Counted from the first letter of the stretch, positions 8,205 through 18,297 are shown. The stretch: DNA of 64,000 nucleotides from Nanohaloarchaea archaeon SW_7_43_1 (GCA_003009795.1 PXPE01000001.1:320739-384738), one strand, 5' to 3'. Numbers and translations are program-made. Notes: generated by a model from the sequence alone, not told the origin.

Positions 8205-10391
8205 TTAATCCTCTACTCTTGGCATCTCCTGTTTCATTCCTTTTCTTTCCCGGATCTCCATGATCTTTTCTTCTTGAAGGTTCATTGGTAGTGGGTCGAA
8301 GATGATCTCTACCAGGTTGAAGAATCCTTTTCCGTTGGTTGCTCCCTTCAATGCTGCTTCAAATCCGAACAGTTCTTCTACCGGGAGTTTGGATCTGATG
8401 ATTGATGAGTCTCCTTCCTCTTCCATGTTAATGACGTCTCCTCTCCGGTTGGAGACCTCTGTCATCGCATCTCCCATTGTTGAGCTTGGAGTATCGATTC
8501 TGAGGATCTGTTTTGGTTCGATCAGTCTTGGCTGTGCGTTTAGGAATCCTCTCTTCATTGCGTCCTTGGTTGCCGGAATCATCTGTGCAGGGCCTCTGTG
8601 GATTGCGTCTTCGTGTAGAGAGGCGTCGTGAAGTCTCACCATGAGACCTATTACTGGTTCGTTGGCTAACGGACCTTCATCACAGAACTCGTGGAAAGCA
8701 TCAACTAGGTACTCTTTGATCTCTCTGAGGTTCTTGATACCTCTTGAGTCATTGATGAACAGATTCTCCTCATACGCATCCATGATATTGTCGGCGTCGT
8801 CTTGGTCCATCCCTGCCTCTACAAGAGCATCTCTTACCTCTGTCTCGTCATCTGCTTTCCTTTTGATGTCTTCGTATTCTTCCTTGAGGAACTTCCTGAC
8901 CTCCTCAGGGATTGGTTCGACTGAGACTTCTAATTGGTTGTGTCGGTTAGGTGATTTACCTGTGAGATGATCTGATTCTTCGTCTATTCCTTCCCTGAAT
9001 ACAACGATTGGCTCTGAGACATCAATGTCAATTCCCTTTTCTTCGAGATGTCTCTCGACCTTTGCCTCGATATGGAGTTCTCCAAGCCCTGAAACAAGTG
9101 TTTCTCCTGTTTCCTCGTCGATGTCGACCTTGATTGTGTTGTCTTCTTTCGCCCGTTTTCTAAGTGTTTCAATAAGTTTTGGAAGATCTGATGTCCTCTT
9201 AGGCTCGATTGACTTCGTGACTACAGGTTCGAATACGTGTTCAATCTGCTCGAACGGCTGGATTTCTTCCTCTCCTTCGAGGATGAATGTTTCTCCTGTC
9301 GAGAAATCCGGTCCTGTGATTGCTGCAATGTTTCCACAAGGAACACTGTCTACGGTTAGCTTTCTTGGCCCGGAGTAAATTCCGACCTGTTGTGCTCTTT
9401 CGGTTTTCTGTGATCCGATTCCGTAGAGTTCATCTCCTTCATTCACTGTTCCCGAGAATAGTCTTGCCGTTGCTATTGTTCCTGCGTGTTCGTCGTCTTC
9501 AACATTTGTGACGACTCCGACCAGTTCTCCGTCTTGGTCGTGTTCTATCATATCGTCTCCAACTGCTGATTCCACATCTCCTGGCCAGACAGCCGGGATT
9601 CTCCATTCTGCGGATTCGTGAGGGTTGACTAAATGCTTTACAACCATGTCAAGACACACTTCTTCAATCGGTGCTTCTTCTGCTAGGCCTTCGTGGTCGC
9701 TTTCATCTACATAGTCAATGATATCCTGAAAGCTGATTCCTGTTTCCTGCATGTATGGGACTGAGATTGCCCAGTTCATAAGTGCGGATCCGAATGCTAC
9801 GGTTCCGTCGTTGACACTCATCTTCCATTTTTCAGCTGTTTCTTCATCAGCATATTTTCTGAGCGCGGTGTTTACTTCTCTTATGATTTTTGTGAATCTT
9901 TCCTGCATTTCTTCCGGTGTTAACTGCATCTCTTCTATCAGTCGGTCAACCTTGTTAATGAACAGGATGGGTTTAACTCCTTCTTGGAGTGCCTGTTTCA
10001 TGACAGTCTCTGTCTGAGGCATAACCCCATCAACCGCATCCACAAGCACTAGAACTCCGTCAACCGCTCTCATGGCACGGGTAACATCTCCTCCGAAGTC
10101 CACGTGGCCGGGTGTATCGATAAGATTAATCAGATAGTCGTCTCCATCAAATTCGTGTACCATTGAGATGTTCGCAGAGTAAATGGTAATACCTCTCTCA
10201 GCTTCCTGATCATCAAAATCCATGAAACGTTGGTCTCCTGCCAGCTTCTCCGATATCATTCCGGCTCTGGCGAGAAGGTTGTCTGTTAGAGTAGTTTTTC
10301 CGTGGTCGATGTGTGCTGCGATCGCGATGTTCCTGATGTGTTCAGGGTCTTCAATTACGCTTTTAATTGCATCAAGTTCTTTATCTGACAT
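8205..10391 (-). CDS. fusA: translation elongation factor EF-2 (aEF-2)
   Basis: AHIDHGKTT, DTPGHVDF and NKVDR, plus the diphthamide-site context HEDAIHRGPAQ. 728 aa. Confidence 0.97.
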   Translation of the reverse strand: MSDKELDAIKSVIEDPEHIRNIAIAAHIDHGKTTLTDNLLARAGMISEKLAGDQRFMDFDDQEAERGITIYSANISMVHEFDGDDYLINLIDTPGHVDFGGDVTRAMRAVDGVLVLVDAVDGVMPQTETVMKQALQEGVKPILFINKVDRLIEEMQLTPEEMQERFTKIIREVNTALRKYADEETAEKWKMSVNDGTVAFGSALMNWAISVPYMQETGISFQDIIDYVDESDHEGLAEEAPIEEVCLDMVVKHLVNPHESAEWRIPAVWPGDVESAVGDDMIEHDQDGELVGVVTNVEDDEHAGTIATARLFSGTVNEGDELYGIGSQKTERAQQVGIYSGPRKLTVDSVPCGNIAAITGPDFSTGETFILEGEEEIQPFEQIEHVFEPVVTKSIEPKRTSDLPKLIETLRKRAKEDNTIKVDIDEETGETLVSGLGELHIEAKVERHLEEKGIDIDVSEPIVVFREGIDEESDHLTGKSPNRHNQLEVSVEPIPEEVRKFLKEEYEDIKRKADDETEVRDALVEAGMDQDDADNIMDAYEENLFINDSRGIKNLREIKEYLVDAFHEFCDEGPLANEPVIGLMVRLHDASLHEDAIHRGPAQMIPATKDAMKRGFLNAQPRLIEPKQILRIDTPSSTMGDAMTEVSNRRGDVINMEEEGDSSIIRSKLPVEELFGFEAALKGATNGKGFFNLVEIIFDPLPMNLQEEKIMEIRERKGMKQEMPRVED

Positions 10392-10432
10392 TTTTGCTTT
10401 TACCTCAGTTTATACAGAAAAAAGAAGTTCCA

Positions 10433-10445
10433 AGATTTAAAAAAG
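10433..10445 (-). promoter_or_regulatory. TATA-like box (TTTTTTAAATC on minus strand) upstream of EF-2
   Basis: Lies 42-54 nt upstream of the ATG. GAGGTA Shine-Dalgarno at 10401-10406. Confidence 0.3.
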
Positions 10446-10504
10446 GAGTTAGGAGTATCATGCAAATAATGCCGGAAGAATATTTAGCCACCGGTTTTCC
10501 TCAT

Positions 10505-11023
10505 CTAAATATCAACTGCTTCCCCTAACTGTACAGAATCTAATGGTTCAAACCTTCTGTTAATGAAATCTTTCAAATCCCTGTCTGATAGCATTCTATT
10601 GCTGACTACATTATAATCCTCAAGAGCCTCTACAGTATCATCAACGTATTCCTCCACAGGTACATTATTACTTGCAGTGTTTTCCGGTTCGTAACCGGTT
10701 ACAATATAATGAGTTTCTCCGAAGTCAACCCATTTTTCCCGAAGTTCTCCATATTTTTGGAGAGCGTTGTTTATGTCTTTGGATCTTATCTCTGTAAGAG
10801 AGGCCCTATTCCATTCTGTATCAAATAAACTCTTCTCAGGATTATCTTCACGGTATACTTTCTCTGTCAGGTACATCAAGTTATGTAATGTCGGAACTCT
10901 TAGGCCTGTATCCTTGAGCAACTGTATTGATTCCTCGGAGACAAGATTTTCCATGTATCTTTCTATAGCCTGGTTTACTTCATCATTAGACTCTGGGTAG
11001 CCAAGAGGGTTATCAGATGTCAT
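10505..11023 (-). CDS. acidic hypothetical protein
   Basis: 172-aa ORF with composition like its neighbours. No motif recognised. Confidence 0.55.
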   Translation of the reverse strand: MTSDNPLGYPESNDEVNQAIERYMENLVSEESIQLLKDTGLRVPTLHNLMYLTEKVYREDNPEKSLFDTEWNRASLTEIRSKDINNALQKYGELREKWVDFGETHYIVTGYEPENTASNNVPVEEYVDDTVEALEDYNVVSNRMLSDRDLKDFINRRFEPLDSVQLGEAVDI

Positions 11024-11083
11024 GAATTTATCTGTAAGTTAAAGAATTATTAAGCTTCTGATACTGCGAAAAGAAAACTCATG

Positions 11084-11107
11084 AAATAAAAAAGATTTGC
11101 AATCTTT
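11084..11107 (-). terminator. AU-rich hairpin plus T-tract downstream of rps7
   Basis: On the minus strand AAAGATT-GCA-AATCTTT (7-bp stem, 11091-11107) is followed by TTTATTT and begins 8 nt after the rps7 stop. Confidence 0.35.
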
Positions 11108-11114
11108 GCTTCTG

Positions 11115-11741
11115 TTACCTTGCTCCTTCTGCTTCTCTTTCTCTTCTTTCCTTCTCTCTAACAGCTCTCGCATCATCGTTTCCGTTTGCGCAGAGAATGA
11201 TTTCGTTGGCAAGTGTTTCTGCAGCTGAGTCGGAGTCGTTTCTTCTCTTCTCGTAGGATCCCTGGATAATAAGTCTGAGAGCCAGATCAACTCTTCGCTG
11301 TGGTGCTACAATCACTGCTTTCCTTGCTCTCACTCCTCCCCTCTGGTATGTAACTACTTCTTCAGTCGGTGCAGAGTTCTCAATACCGTTTACAAGTACC
11401 TGTATCGGATTCTCACCTGTCTCTTCTTCAATTATATCGTATGTCTCATCAATTATGTTCCAGATCTTCTCTGAATTGCCTGTGTTGTGTCCGGAGTCGA
11501 TGTAGTGTTTGTTTCCTCTGTGACCGGCTACATACATTCGGTTAAGAAGTCTTTCTGTAATAGGTACATCTGCTTTGTAGAACTGTCTTTCCTCATGTCT
11601 TCCCCTGCTTCTTGGAGCAAGAATATTGTCCAGGCTGATATATCTTACCAGTCCGTCGTCTTCTATCTCTGCTTCTTCTGCATCCCATCTTCCCATGGTC
11701 AGAATCTTGTCGTCTACTTCGATCTTTGCTGCTGATGTCAT
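11115..11741 (-). CDS. rps7: 30S ribosomal protein S7 (uS7)
   Basis: 208 aa, immediately downstream of S12. Conserved uS7-like segments (GHRGNKHY..., AVIVAPQRRVDLALR) and a basic C-terminal tail. Confidence 0.93.
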   Translation of the reverse strand: MTSAAKIEVDDKILTMGRWDAEEAEIEDDGLVRYISLDNILAPRSRGRHEERQFYKADVPITERLLNRMYVAGHRGNKHYIDSGHNTGNSEKIWNIIDETYDIIEEETGENPIQVLVNGIENSAPTEEVVTYQRGGVRARKAVIVAPQRRVDLALRLIIQGSYEKRRNDSDSAAETLANEIILCANGNDDARAVREKERREREAEGAR

Positions 11742-11751
11742 TGTCCTATAA

Positions 11752-12174
11752 TCACCGTGTTGGTTTCTGCTGGTTTCCTCTGACCAGTTCGATGAGTGAC
11801 ACTCCGTTTACCTTTACCACTTGGTAGCGTACGGTTGGAATATCTCCTTTCGGACCTGCGTCTGCTCCACCGATGCCTTCGATGAGTACTTCATCGTGTT
11901 CATCGATGTGGTCGATTGCTCCGTCTCCAGGTACGAATGCGGTAAGCTGTTTTCCGTTTTTGATTAGCTGGACTCGCACACATTTTCTCAATGCTGAGTT
12001 AGGCTGTTTTGCTTCAATTATTCTTTTTTCCAGAACTATGCCTCTTCCCTGTGGTGAACCTTCCAGAGGATCAGATTTTTCCTTCAGGTTATTCATTCTT
12101 CTTTTGTAATCAATATCACTCCAGCGGTATTGCTGGCGTTTTTTTCTCATCTTTCTTGCGTTGTACAATCCCAT
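11752..12174 (-). CDS. rps12: 30S ribosomal protein S12 (uS12)
   Basis: [30 protein letters not shown] is the uS12 core. 140 aa. Confidence 0.95.
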   Translation of the reverse strand: MGLYNARKMRKKRQQYRWSDIDYKRRMNNLKEKSDPLEGSPQGRGIVLEKRIIEAKQPNSALRKCVRVQLIKNGKQLTAFVPGDGAIDHIDEHDEVLIEGIGGADAGPKGDIPTVRYQVVKVNGVSLIELVRGNQQKPTR

Positions 12175-12261
12175 ATCTAAACCGGTGAAGTTAAACTTTT
12201 TATAAGGAGTGACCTCCGTTTATTCTCCGTGTTAATCGAGTTTTAGTGACTAAAAATGAAT

Positions 12262-12609
12262 TTAGATGTAGAGATAGATTAGATATATTATGGTCGAGGG
12301 TATGAATATGTATAACACAAACTTGAGGTATCCTTTCCCGAATCCGGTATATTCTCGTGGATAATTTTCATTTGGTTCAAATTTAATTCCTTTCTCTACA
12401 CTTTCCTGATCCTCTTCGCCCTCAAAATTCTGTTCCAAGTTAAAGTCTTTTTCGGGATCGCCTTCAGGCATTAAACCAGTATAACCACATTCATTACATT
12501 TCCACTTGTTGGGGTTTCCACCCGAGAAATAGATTTCCGCTCTGTTAGATGTATCCGGCTCTACATCGGTTGAACCGCAGTTAGGACAGAACTTCACCTT
12601 TTGCCCCAT
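12262..12609 (-). CDS. zinc-ribbon protein with C-terminal TM helix
   Basis: Two Cys pairs, CPNCG...CNECG. C-terminal LKFVLYIFIPSTIIYLIYLYI. The ATG at 12607-12609 is preceded by AAGGTG 9-10 nt upstream, so the GTG at 12621 in the track is probably not the start. Confidence 0.6.
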   Translation of the reverse strand: MGQKVKFCPNCGSTDVEPDTSNRAEIYFSGGNPNKWKCNECGYTGLMPEGDPEKDFNLEQNFEGEEDQESVEKGIKFEPNENYPREYTGFGKGYLKFVLYIFIPSTIIYLIYLYI

Positions 12610-12910
12610 TGTATAACACACCTTTTTATATTCGAATTGTGAAAGGATCTGATTTTTTGACTCACTGTTTTGTACTCCTTTTTGAACTCTAGAACGGATT
12701 CGTAATCTGGGTTGCGACTGTAATTAACGCTGCCACGGCCATTATGCCTACAAAGGCGACTTTCGCAATGTTTTTCCCAGCATTAGCTTTAGCTCCTATA
12801 GCACTTGCTAACCGAGATTCCTTTTGTCCTGCCTTTTTATCTCCTGCTTCACTCGTTGATTATGGTATCAATTAAATTATCAGATGTAATTATTAAGCTC
12901 GATAATATAT

Positions 12911-14035
12911 CTAGAGTACAAATATTATGATAATTATTCCTGTGACTATCGCTGCTGCGTAAGCAACATAGTTTGTTGAGGATTTGTTATTACTTCTCAA
13001 CCCACTCTTCAATCTTGAAATTTGGTCCTCCTCTTTACTTAGTTCAGATTCTTCTTCATTTATCTCATTGTCAAGTCTTGAAGCCTCACGTCTTGAGTCT
13101 TGGACCATTCTTTCCAATATTTTTTTAGTTTGAGGATCTGTTTTTGATTCATCTGCTTTTGCTTCTTTTGAAATTCTTGCAAGCTGATTTTCTCTATTTT
13201 TGAGTACTTTCTCAACGTTTTCAGCTTTCAACAAATCGTCTTGCATTTCTTCTATTTCCTTGGATAGTTTTTTCTCCACATCCTCTGTTATTCTTTCGTC
13301 TTTCTTGAGCTTGTTATTCAGTTTCTGGAGTTTCATCGCTTCCTTCTGCCCTTTCTTTATTAATTCTTTGTCGTGAAGCTTTTCACCTGATTTTTCGATA
13401 TTTTGAATTAATCCTCCCTCCATCTTTGATTGAGCTTGTAAATTTTTCTCGAGTCTTTCCAGTTCATTATCTTCCTTTTCTAAAGTAGCTAAATCATTGA
13501 TTATATTTTCCATTTCTTCTATTGAATTCTGTTGGACTTCAGCAGCTTTATCTATGTCCTTGACATCTCTCTCGAATTGATTTAATTCTCTTTTACCGAT
13601 TCTTCCAGGATCTTTATTCAATAAATTCTCCATCTGTGAAAGATCCTCTCCCAAATCCATAGCTGCTCTACCCAGATGCTCCTCAGACCCAATGGAGTGT
13701 TCGATCAAATTTTGAATCTCCGATTCTATTTTTTCTTCAGACTTAAGTTCTTCGCCAATTTCAGCAAGATCCTGTTTTTCTGCGGCTTCCAAGTCACCGA
13801 TATCTTTTGCCACTTCTCTAAATTCTCGGTCATTTTCATCATCTAAAGCTGTTCCGAACTCCTCTTCAACTCTTTCTACCCCACTTTTCTCCTTTTTTCT
13901 TCTTTCAGCATAGTTCTTGTGAGTGTCTTTAGCTTGTTTTCCGAACTCAGATATTTCTCTCTCCAATGATCCACTTTTCTCTACATTGCTCTCAGCTTTA
14001 CTTATCTCTGACTCAGCTTCATCAGACTTACTCAT
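12911..14035 (-). CDS. Glu/Lys-rich coiled-coil protein, tail-anchored
   Basis: 374 aa, almost entirely heptad-like E/K/L sequence. Single hydrophobic segment YVAYAAAIVTGIIIIIFVL at the extreme C-terminus. Confidence 0.65.
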   Translation of the reverse strand: MSKSDEAESEISKAESNVEKSGSLEREISEFGKQAKDTHKNYAERRKKEKSGVERVEEEFGTALDDENDREFREVAKDIGDLEAAEKQDLAEIGEELKSEEKIESEIQNLIEHSIGSEEHLGRAAMDLGEDLSQMENLLNKDPGRIGKRELNQFERDVKDIDKAAEVQQNSIEEMENIINDLATLEKEDNELERLEKNLQAQSKMEGGLIQNIEKSGEKLHDKELIKKGQKEAMKLQKLNNKLKKDERITEDVEKKLSKEIEEMQDDLLKAENVEKVLKNRENQLARISKEAKADESKTDPQTKKILERMVQDSRREASRLDNEINEEESELSKEEDQISRLKSGLRSNNKSSTNYVAYAAAIVTGIIIIIFVL

Positions 14036-14171
14036 AATAGCTAATTGCTTTCTTTTTTTAAATCGTTTTTTCGGGTAGCGGCGATTTTTTGGATTTCATC
14101 GCCCAGAAAGAGTTCTCAGAATATGACAGTATAAATCTGGCTGAAGAGAAATTTGTGAAAGGATCAGTCTC

Positions 14172-14594
14172 TTACTCTACTGCGACATGGTCAACGTTAT
14201 GAGTTCTCTCAAGAATTTCCCGGATGGAGTCGATTTTGTCTCCGTTCTTTCCTACTACTCTTCCCTTGTTTTCGGAAGATACCGAGATTTCTACTTTTTT
14301 CTCTCCGTCTTCCTCTTCTATGTTTACTCCTCTGAGATCGGAGGGAACAAGGTTGTTGAGGAATTTGCCTAGGTTGTCACTGTATTCATATATTTTGACG
14401 TCTTTGCCCAGTTTGTTCTGGATCTTTTTGACTATCTTTCCGCCTTTTCCGATTGCCATCCCTGCTTTTCCATCTGGTACGACAAAGTATACTTCATCTT
14501 CTTTGTTTATGACATCTACTGCCTCGACTCCTGTTATGGATTCGAACATGTTCATGGTACGGATGTTTTCTGTGTCATATTTTACTGTTGCCAT
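14172..14594 (-). CDS. nusA: archaeal NusA-like protein (two KH domains)
   Basis: 140 aa. GxxG KH motifs GKGGKIVKKI and GKNGDKIDSI. Position directly after rpoA''. Confidence 0.85.
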   Translation of the reverse strand: MATVKYDTENIRTMNMFESITGVEAVDVINKEDEVYFVVPDGKAGMAIGKGGKIVKKIQNKLGKDVKIYEYSDNLGKFLNNLVPSDLRGVNIEEEDGEKKVEISVSSENKGRVVGKNGDKIDSIREILERTHNVDHVAVE

Positions 14595-14684
14595 ATTGTA
14601 CTCCTCCTAGAATTAGTTCTGTACTTAATCTGTGTATCAAAAGTATGGGAAAAAATTTTTATAAACCCCTTTCCTATCCGGGTT

Positions 14685-15806
14685 TTATTCGGCGTTAAAG
14701 CCGGGTTTTAGATCAACTGTGCCGGTTCCGGTTGGAACGGCCTGTCCGACTATAAGGTTTTCTATAGTTCCATCAAGTTTATCGGTCTCTCCCTTGAGTG
14801 ATGCCTGTGTCAAATGCTTCTTTGTCTCCTCGTATGCTGATCTTGCGAGAACTGAGTCCTTATTTCCAACAATTCCGTATCTCGTGGTTCCGTTGAGTTC
14901 TCCTTCCTTCGTCATCATGTCTGCGAGAAGCATAATGTGTCTGTCGTTTACTCCGATTCCCTGTTTTTCCAGCGTCTCGTTGATCTCTTCGACAATTCTC
15001 TGTCTCAGGGCTTCTATCCCTATTACTTTTTTGATCTCGTATAGGTGGTTGGAGATTGTTCTGTCCTGATCTACTTCCTCCATTTTAAGTGTTTTTCTAA
15101 GTGAGGTTCCTGCTGTCTGAAGTCTCCATTCTCCGTTTTCTTCACTGACTACTACTTGTTCAATTCCTTTGATTCCTTTGATTCTTGCTTCTTCTGCATC
15201 ATTCTTCAGATCTTTGAGATCTCGGAGATCGTAGTCGTCTTCAGTTGATTCAAGTACAATTTGGTTTTCTTCAACTGTCACCTTCGCTTTTTTAACTGAG
15301 TCCTTGATTCTTGATCTGATGTCTTCTCCGTCTACATCATAGTCATCTGTTAGGTCAGGGTTTAGTTCGTACTCTACTTTTAGACCCATGATATCCAGTG
15401 TATCTTTCTTGATTAGGTCTTCGAACTTGACCTCTCTCAGTTTTCTTGCTACCTTTTTTGCGTCTTCCTCATTACTATAATCTTCTGTGAGGTAGACGTC
15501 CATTGCAGGTGTTTTTGGATTTCTTCTTGCGTCAACGATCTCTTCAAGTCTTGGAAGTCCGGCTGTAAGTGAGACCGATGCGGCTCCTGCCGAGTGGTAT
15601 GTTTCCATGGTTAGCTGTGTTGCTGGTTCTCCAAGTGATTGTGCAGCTACTGCACCGATTGATTCACCTGGTTCGTACTGCATCTGTTTGTATCTTTCCT
15701 TCAGTGTTTCCTCTTGTTCATCCGTAAGATCTAGGTTCTGGTGTTTTTCAGGTAGTTTTTGTGCTCGTTTTTTCCATGATAGGTTGTCAGTCATTTTTGT
15801 GGTCAC
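14685..15806 (-). CDS. rpoA2: DNA-directed RNA polymerase subunit A'' (Rpo1C)
   Basis: 373 aa. EPGESIGAVAAQSLGEPATQLTMETYHSAG trigger-loop region. Follows A' with a 2-nt gap. Confidence 0.95.
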   Translation of the reverse strand: MTTKMTDNLSWKKRAQKLPEKHQNLDLTDEQEETLKERYKQMQYEPGESIGAVAAQSLGEPATQLTMETYHSAGAASVSLTAGLPRLEEIVDARRNPKTPAMDVYLTEDYSNEEDAKKVARKLREVKFEDLIKKDTLDIMGLKVEYELNPDLTDDYDVDGEDIRSRIKDSVKKAKVTVEENQIVLESTEDDYDLRDLKDLKNDAEEARIKGIKGIEQVVVSEENGEWRLQTAGTSLRKTLKMEEVDQDRTISNHLYEIKKVIGIEALRQRIVEEINETLEKQGIGVNDRHIMLLADMMTKEGELNGTTRYGIVGNKDSVLARSAYEETKKHLTQASLKGETDKLDGTIENLIVGQAVPTGTGTVDLKPGFNAE

Positions 15807-15808
15807 CT

Positions 15809-18286
15809 CTAGTTGGTCTCAATCTCCGTTGATATCATTCCTCTATCTGATTTCTGTGGGTCTACTCCGTCTTCTCCAGCCCTGAACTGGATTATGTCGT
15901 CTTGTGCGTTTCTTACTGTTTGATCCTCTTTCACTGTTAGTTCCTGAAGTGAGTTGGATAGTCTGCGGTACATGTATCCGGATGTTTTGGTTCTAAGTGA
16001 CTTGTCCATCAGTGCTTTTCTCTGTGCCATCTGGTGGAAGAAGATTTCCTGTGCGTCCATTCCTTCTAGGATGTTGGATGATACAAATCCTCTGGCCTTC
16101 GGACTTAATTCGTCTTTCTTGAAGTGGGATGTTGTTCTATCCTTATATCCTCGATTGATTCTCTGGTCTCTTACCGAGTTCTGTCCCATGAGTCCTGCCA
16201 TGGTTGTAACGTTTTCCATGGATCCTCTTGCACCTGAGTCAGCCATGGTGTATGCAGATGATTCCTCGTTGACATTTTCCCTTATTATCTCTCCAATGTC
16301 TGTGAAGACGTTGTTCAGGGTCTGTGTCATCCTGATCTCTCGTGTCTCGTCCAGTGTCTTTCCTGTAATAGGTTCCATTTCTTCCTCTCGGTAGTTCTCA
16401 ATCACGTCTTCAGCGTCTTCGACTGTTTGATCCACTAACTGATGGATATTTTCTGTTGCTTCGTCCGGTACCTCAAGATCTTCTACTGAAATTGAGAATC
16501 CTCTTCGGGTCAGGTATACTGCTCCTATTCTTGAGACCCGGTTAAGGAATTCCGTTACTTTTTCTGAACCGTACTCAATTTTGAGCTGCTGGATTATTTC
16601 TCCGCCATAGTCTCCGAGAGCTTCCTCATCCAGAATTCCCTCTACTAGTTCTCCGTCTTCTATTACTACGTTGTTTTCCTCGCCTTCATTGATTGTCAGT
16701 GAGATATCGTCCGGTATGAACAGTGAGACCAGTTCTCTGCCTGTAACTTTTTCCTTGCCTTCAGGAAGTGATTTTTCATGTTCTCCTGCCTCCGCAAGCA
16801 GGTTGAATGCTTTTTCCCGGGAGAGTTCCATGTCTTCCTGTGTTAGTAGGTATAGTCCTGATACATAGTCTTGAAGCATGCCTACGATCGGTCCTCCCAT
16901 CTTCGGTGATTTAACGTGTTCTTGAACTTTCAGCAGTTCTTCTGCCTCTGCTCTTGCTTCTTCTGTCTGTGGAATGTGGAGGTTCATCTCGTCTCCGTCG
17001 AAGTCTGCGTTGTATGGTGCGCAGTCGTTCGGGTTGATTCTGAATGTTCGGTATGGAAGTACCCGGACGTGGTGGGCCATGATTGACATTCTGTGAAGTG
17101 ACGGCTGTCGGTTGAATAGTGAGATATCGCCGTCCATGAGATGTCTTTCGAATTCCCAGCCTTCTCCGGTTTCAATTACTTCTTTGAGTTCTTCCTTATT
17201 CTCTTCCCCTACTCTTCGTCTTCTTCCGTCTGGCTGGAATACATAGTTTATTCCGGGATGTGTTTTTCTCCCGTTTTCTATCCATTCCTTGACTTGTTCA
17301 ATATTTTCTTCTGTTACTTTTTTCTTGACAGTGAGTTTCCTCGCTACCTGTTTCGGTACTCCGACCTCATTGATGCCGATGTTGGGATCAGGTGTAATCA
17401 CCGTACGGGCGGAGAAGTTGACTCTTTTTCCGATCAGGTTCTGCCTGAATCTTCCTTCCTTACCCTGTACTCTTTCGATTAAGGATTTGAGTGAACGGCC
17501 GCTCCTGTGTCTTGCTGGTGGAACCCCTGACATGTCGTTGTAGAAAAGTGTTGATACGTGGTACTGTAGTAGTTCATGGAGGTCATCGATAATGAAGTCC
17601 GGTGCCTCGATCTCTATGTTGTTCTGTAGCCGTTTATTGATTCTGATGACATCTACAAGTTTGTGTGTGATGTCGTCTTCCGATCTTTCTCCTGTCTCCA
17701 AGGTGATACTTGGTCTCATTGTTACCGGTGGAACAGGAAGATGTGTTATTATCAGGTCTTCCGGCCTTCCTCCCTCTACTCCTAGCTGTGCTGCGGCTTC
17801 ATCACTTATTTCCTCGAATCTTTCCTCTATGTCCTGTGGCTTGAGTTCTTCGTTGTCCTCATAGAATGAGTATGGCTTGTCAAGTTTGACATCCTTCATC
17901 TCCTCTCCGCATTCGGGACATTCGTTCATCATGTTCGATTTTCTGTATGATCTGTTTTCGTTTTTCATCGCGAGAGATGCGCATTCTGTACAGGTGAATC
18001 TGAGGAGGTTCTTGACTTTCTTGGCGTGTAGAACGTGGACGACCGGTCTGGAAAGTGTAATTTTGCCGAAGTGTCCTTTGCATTCTCTGATTCTGCCTCC
18101 ACATGTCTGGCAGGTCATTCCCGGATCGATTACTCCCAGCGCGGGATCCATTACTCCGTCTTCTACGGGGAAGCCGTCGGCGTCGTATACTTCTGCTTTG
18201 TCGATCTCCTTGACAGCCATTTTATCGATTTTTTCTGGGCTTACAATTCCAAAGTCAATTTTTTCGATCTTCTTTTTGTTGCTCAT
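15809..18286 (-). CDS. rpoA1: DNA-directed RNA polymerase subunit A' (Rpo1N)
   Basis: Zn motif CQTCGGRIRECKGHFG and catalytic YNADFDGDEMNLH. 825 aa. Confidence 0.97.
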   Translation of the reverse strand: MSNKKKIEKIDFGIVSPEKIDKMAVKEIDKAEVYDADGFPVEDGVMDPALGVIDPGMTCQTCGGRIRECKGHFGKITLSRPVVHVLHAKKVKNLLRFTCTECASLAMKNENRSYRKSNMMNECPECGEEMKDVKLDKPYSFYEDNEELKPQDIEERFEEISDEAAAQLGVEGGRPEDLIITHLPVPPVTMRPSITLETGERSEDDITHKLVDVIRINKRLQNNIEIEAPDFIIDDLHELLQYHVSTLFYNDMSGVPPARHRSGRSLKSLIERVQGKEGRFRQNLIGKRVNFSARTVITPDPNIGINEVGVPKQVARKLTVKKKVTEENIEQVKEWIENGRKTHPGINYVFQPDGRRRRVGEENKEELKEVIETGEGWEFERHLMDGDISLFNRQPSLHRMSIMAHHVRVLPYRTFRINPNDCAPYNADFDGDEMNLHIPQTEEARAEAEELLKVQEHVKSPKMGGPIVGMLQDYVSGLYLLTQEDMELSREKAFNLLAEAGEHEKSLPEGKEKVTGRELVSLFIPDDISLTINEGEENNVVIEDGELVEGILDEEALGDYGGEIIQQLKIEYGSEKVTEFLNRVSRIGAVYLTRRGFSISVEDLEVPDEATENIHQLVDQTVEDAEDVIENYREEEMEPITGKTLDETREIRMTQTLNNVFTDIGEIIRENVNEESSAYTMADSGARGSMENVTTMAGLMGQNSVRDQRINRGYKDRTTSHFKKDELSPKARGFVSSNILEGMDAQEIFFHQMAQRKALMDKSLRTKTSGYMYRRLSNSLQELTVKEDQTVRNAQDDIIQFRAGEDGVDPQKSDRGMISTEIETN

Positions 18287-18297
18287 ATCTGAACACC

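Noticed and set aside
12744-12875. 43-codon plus-strand ATG ORF in the rps12-proximal gap
   Set aside because: A hydrophobic, Pro/Ala/Phe-rich peptide with no Shine-Dalgarno and atypical composition. Probably chance. The opposite-strand start-less frame is reported as a low-interest finding instead.
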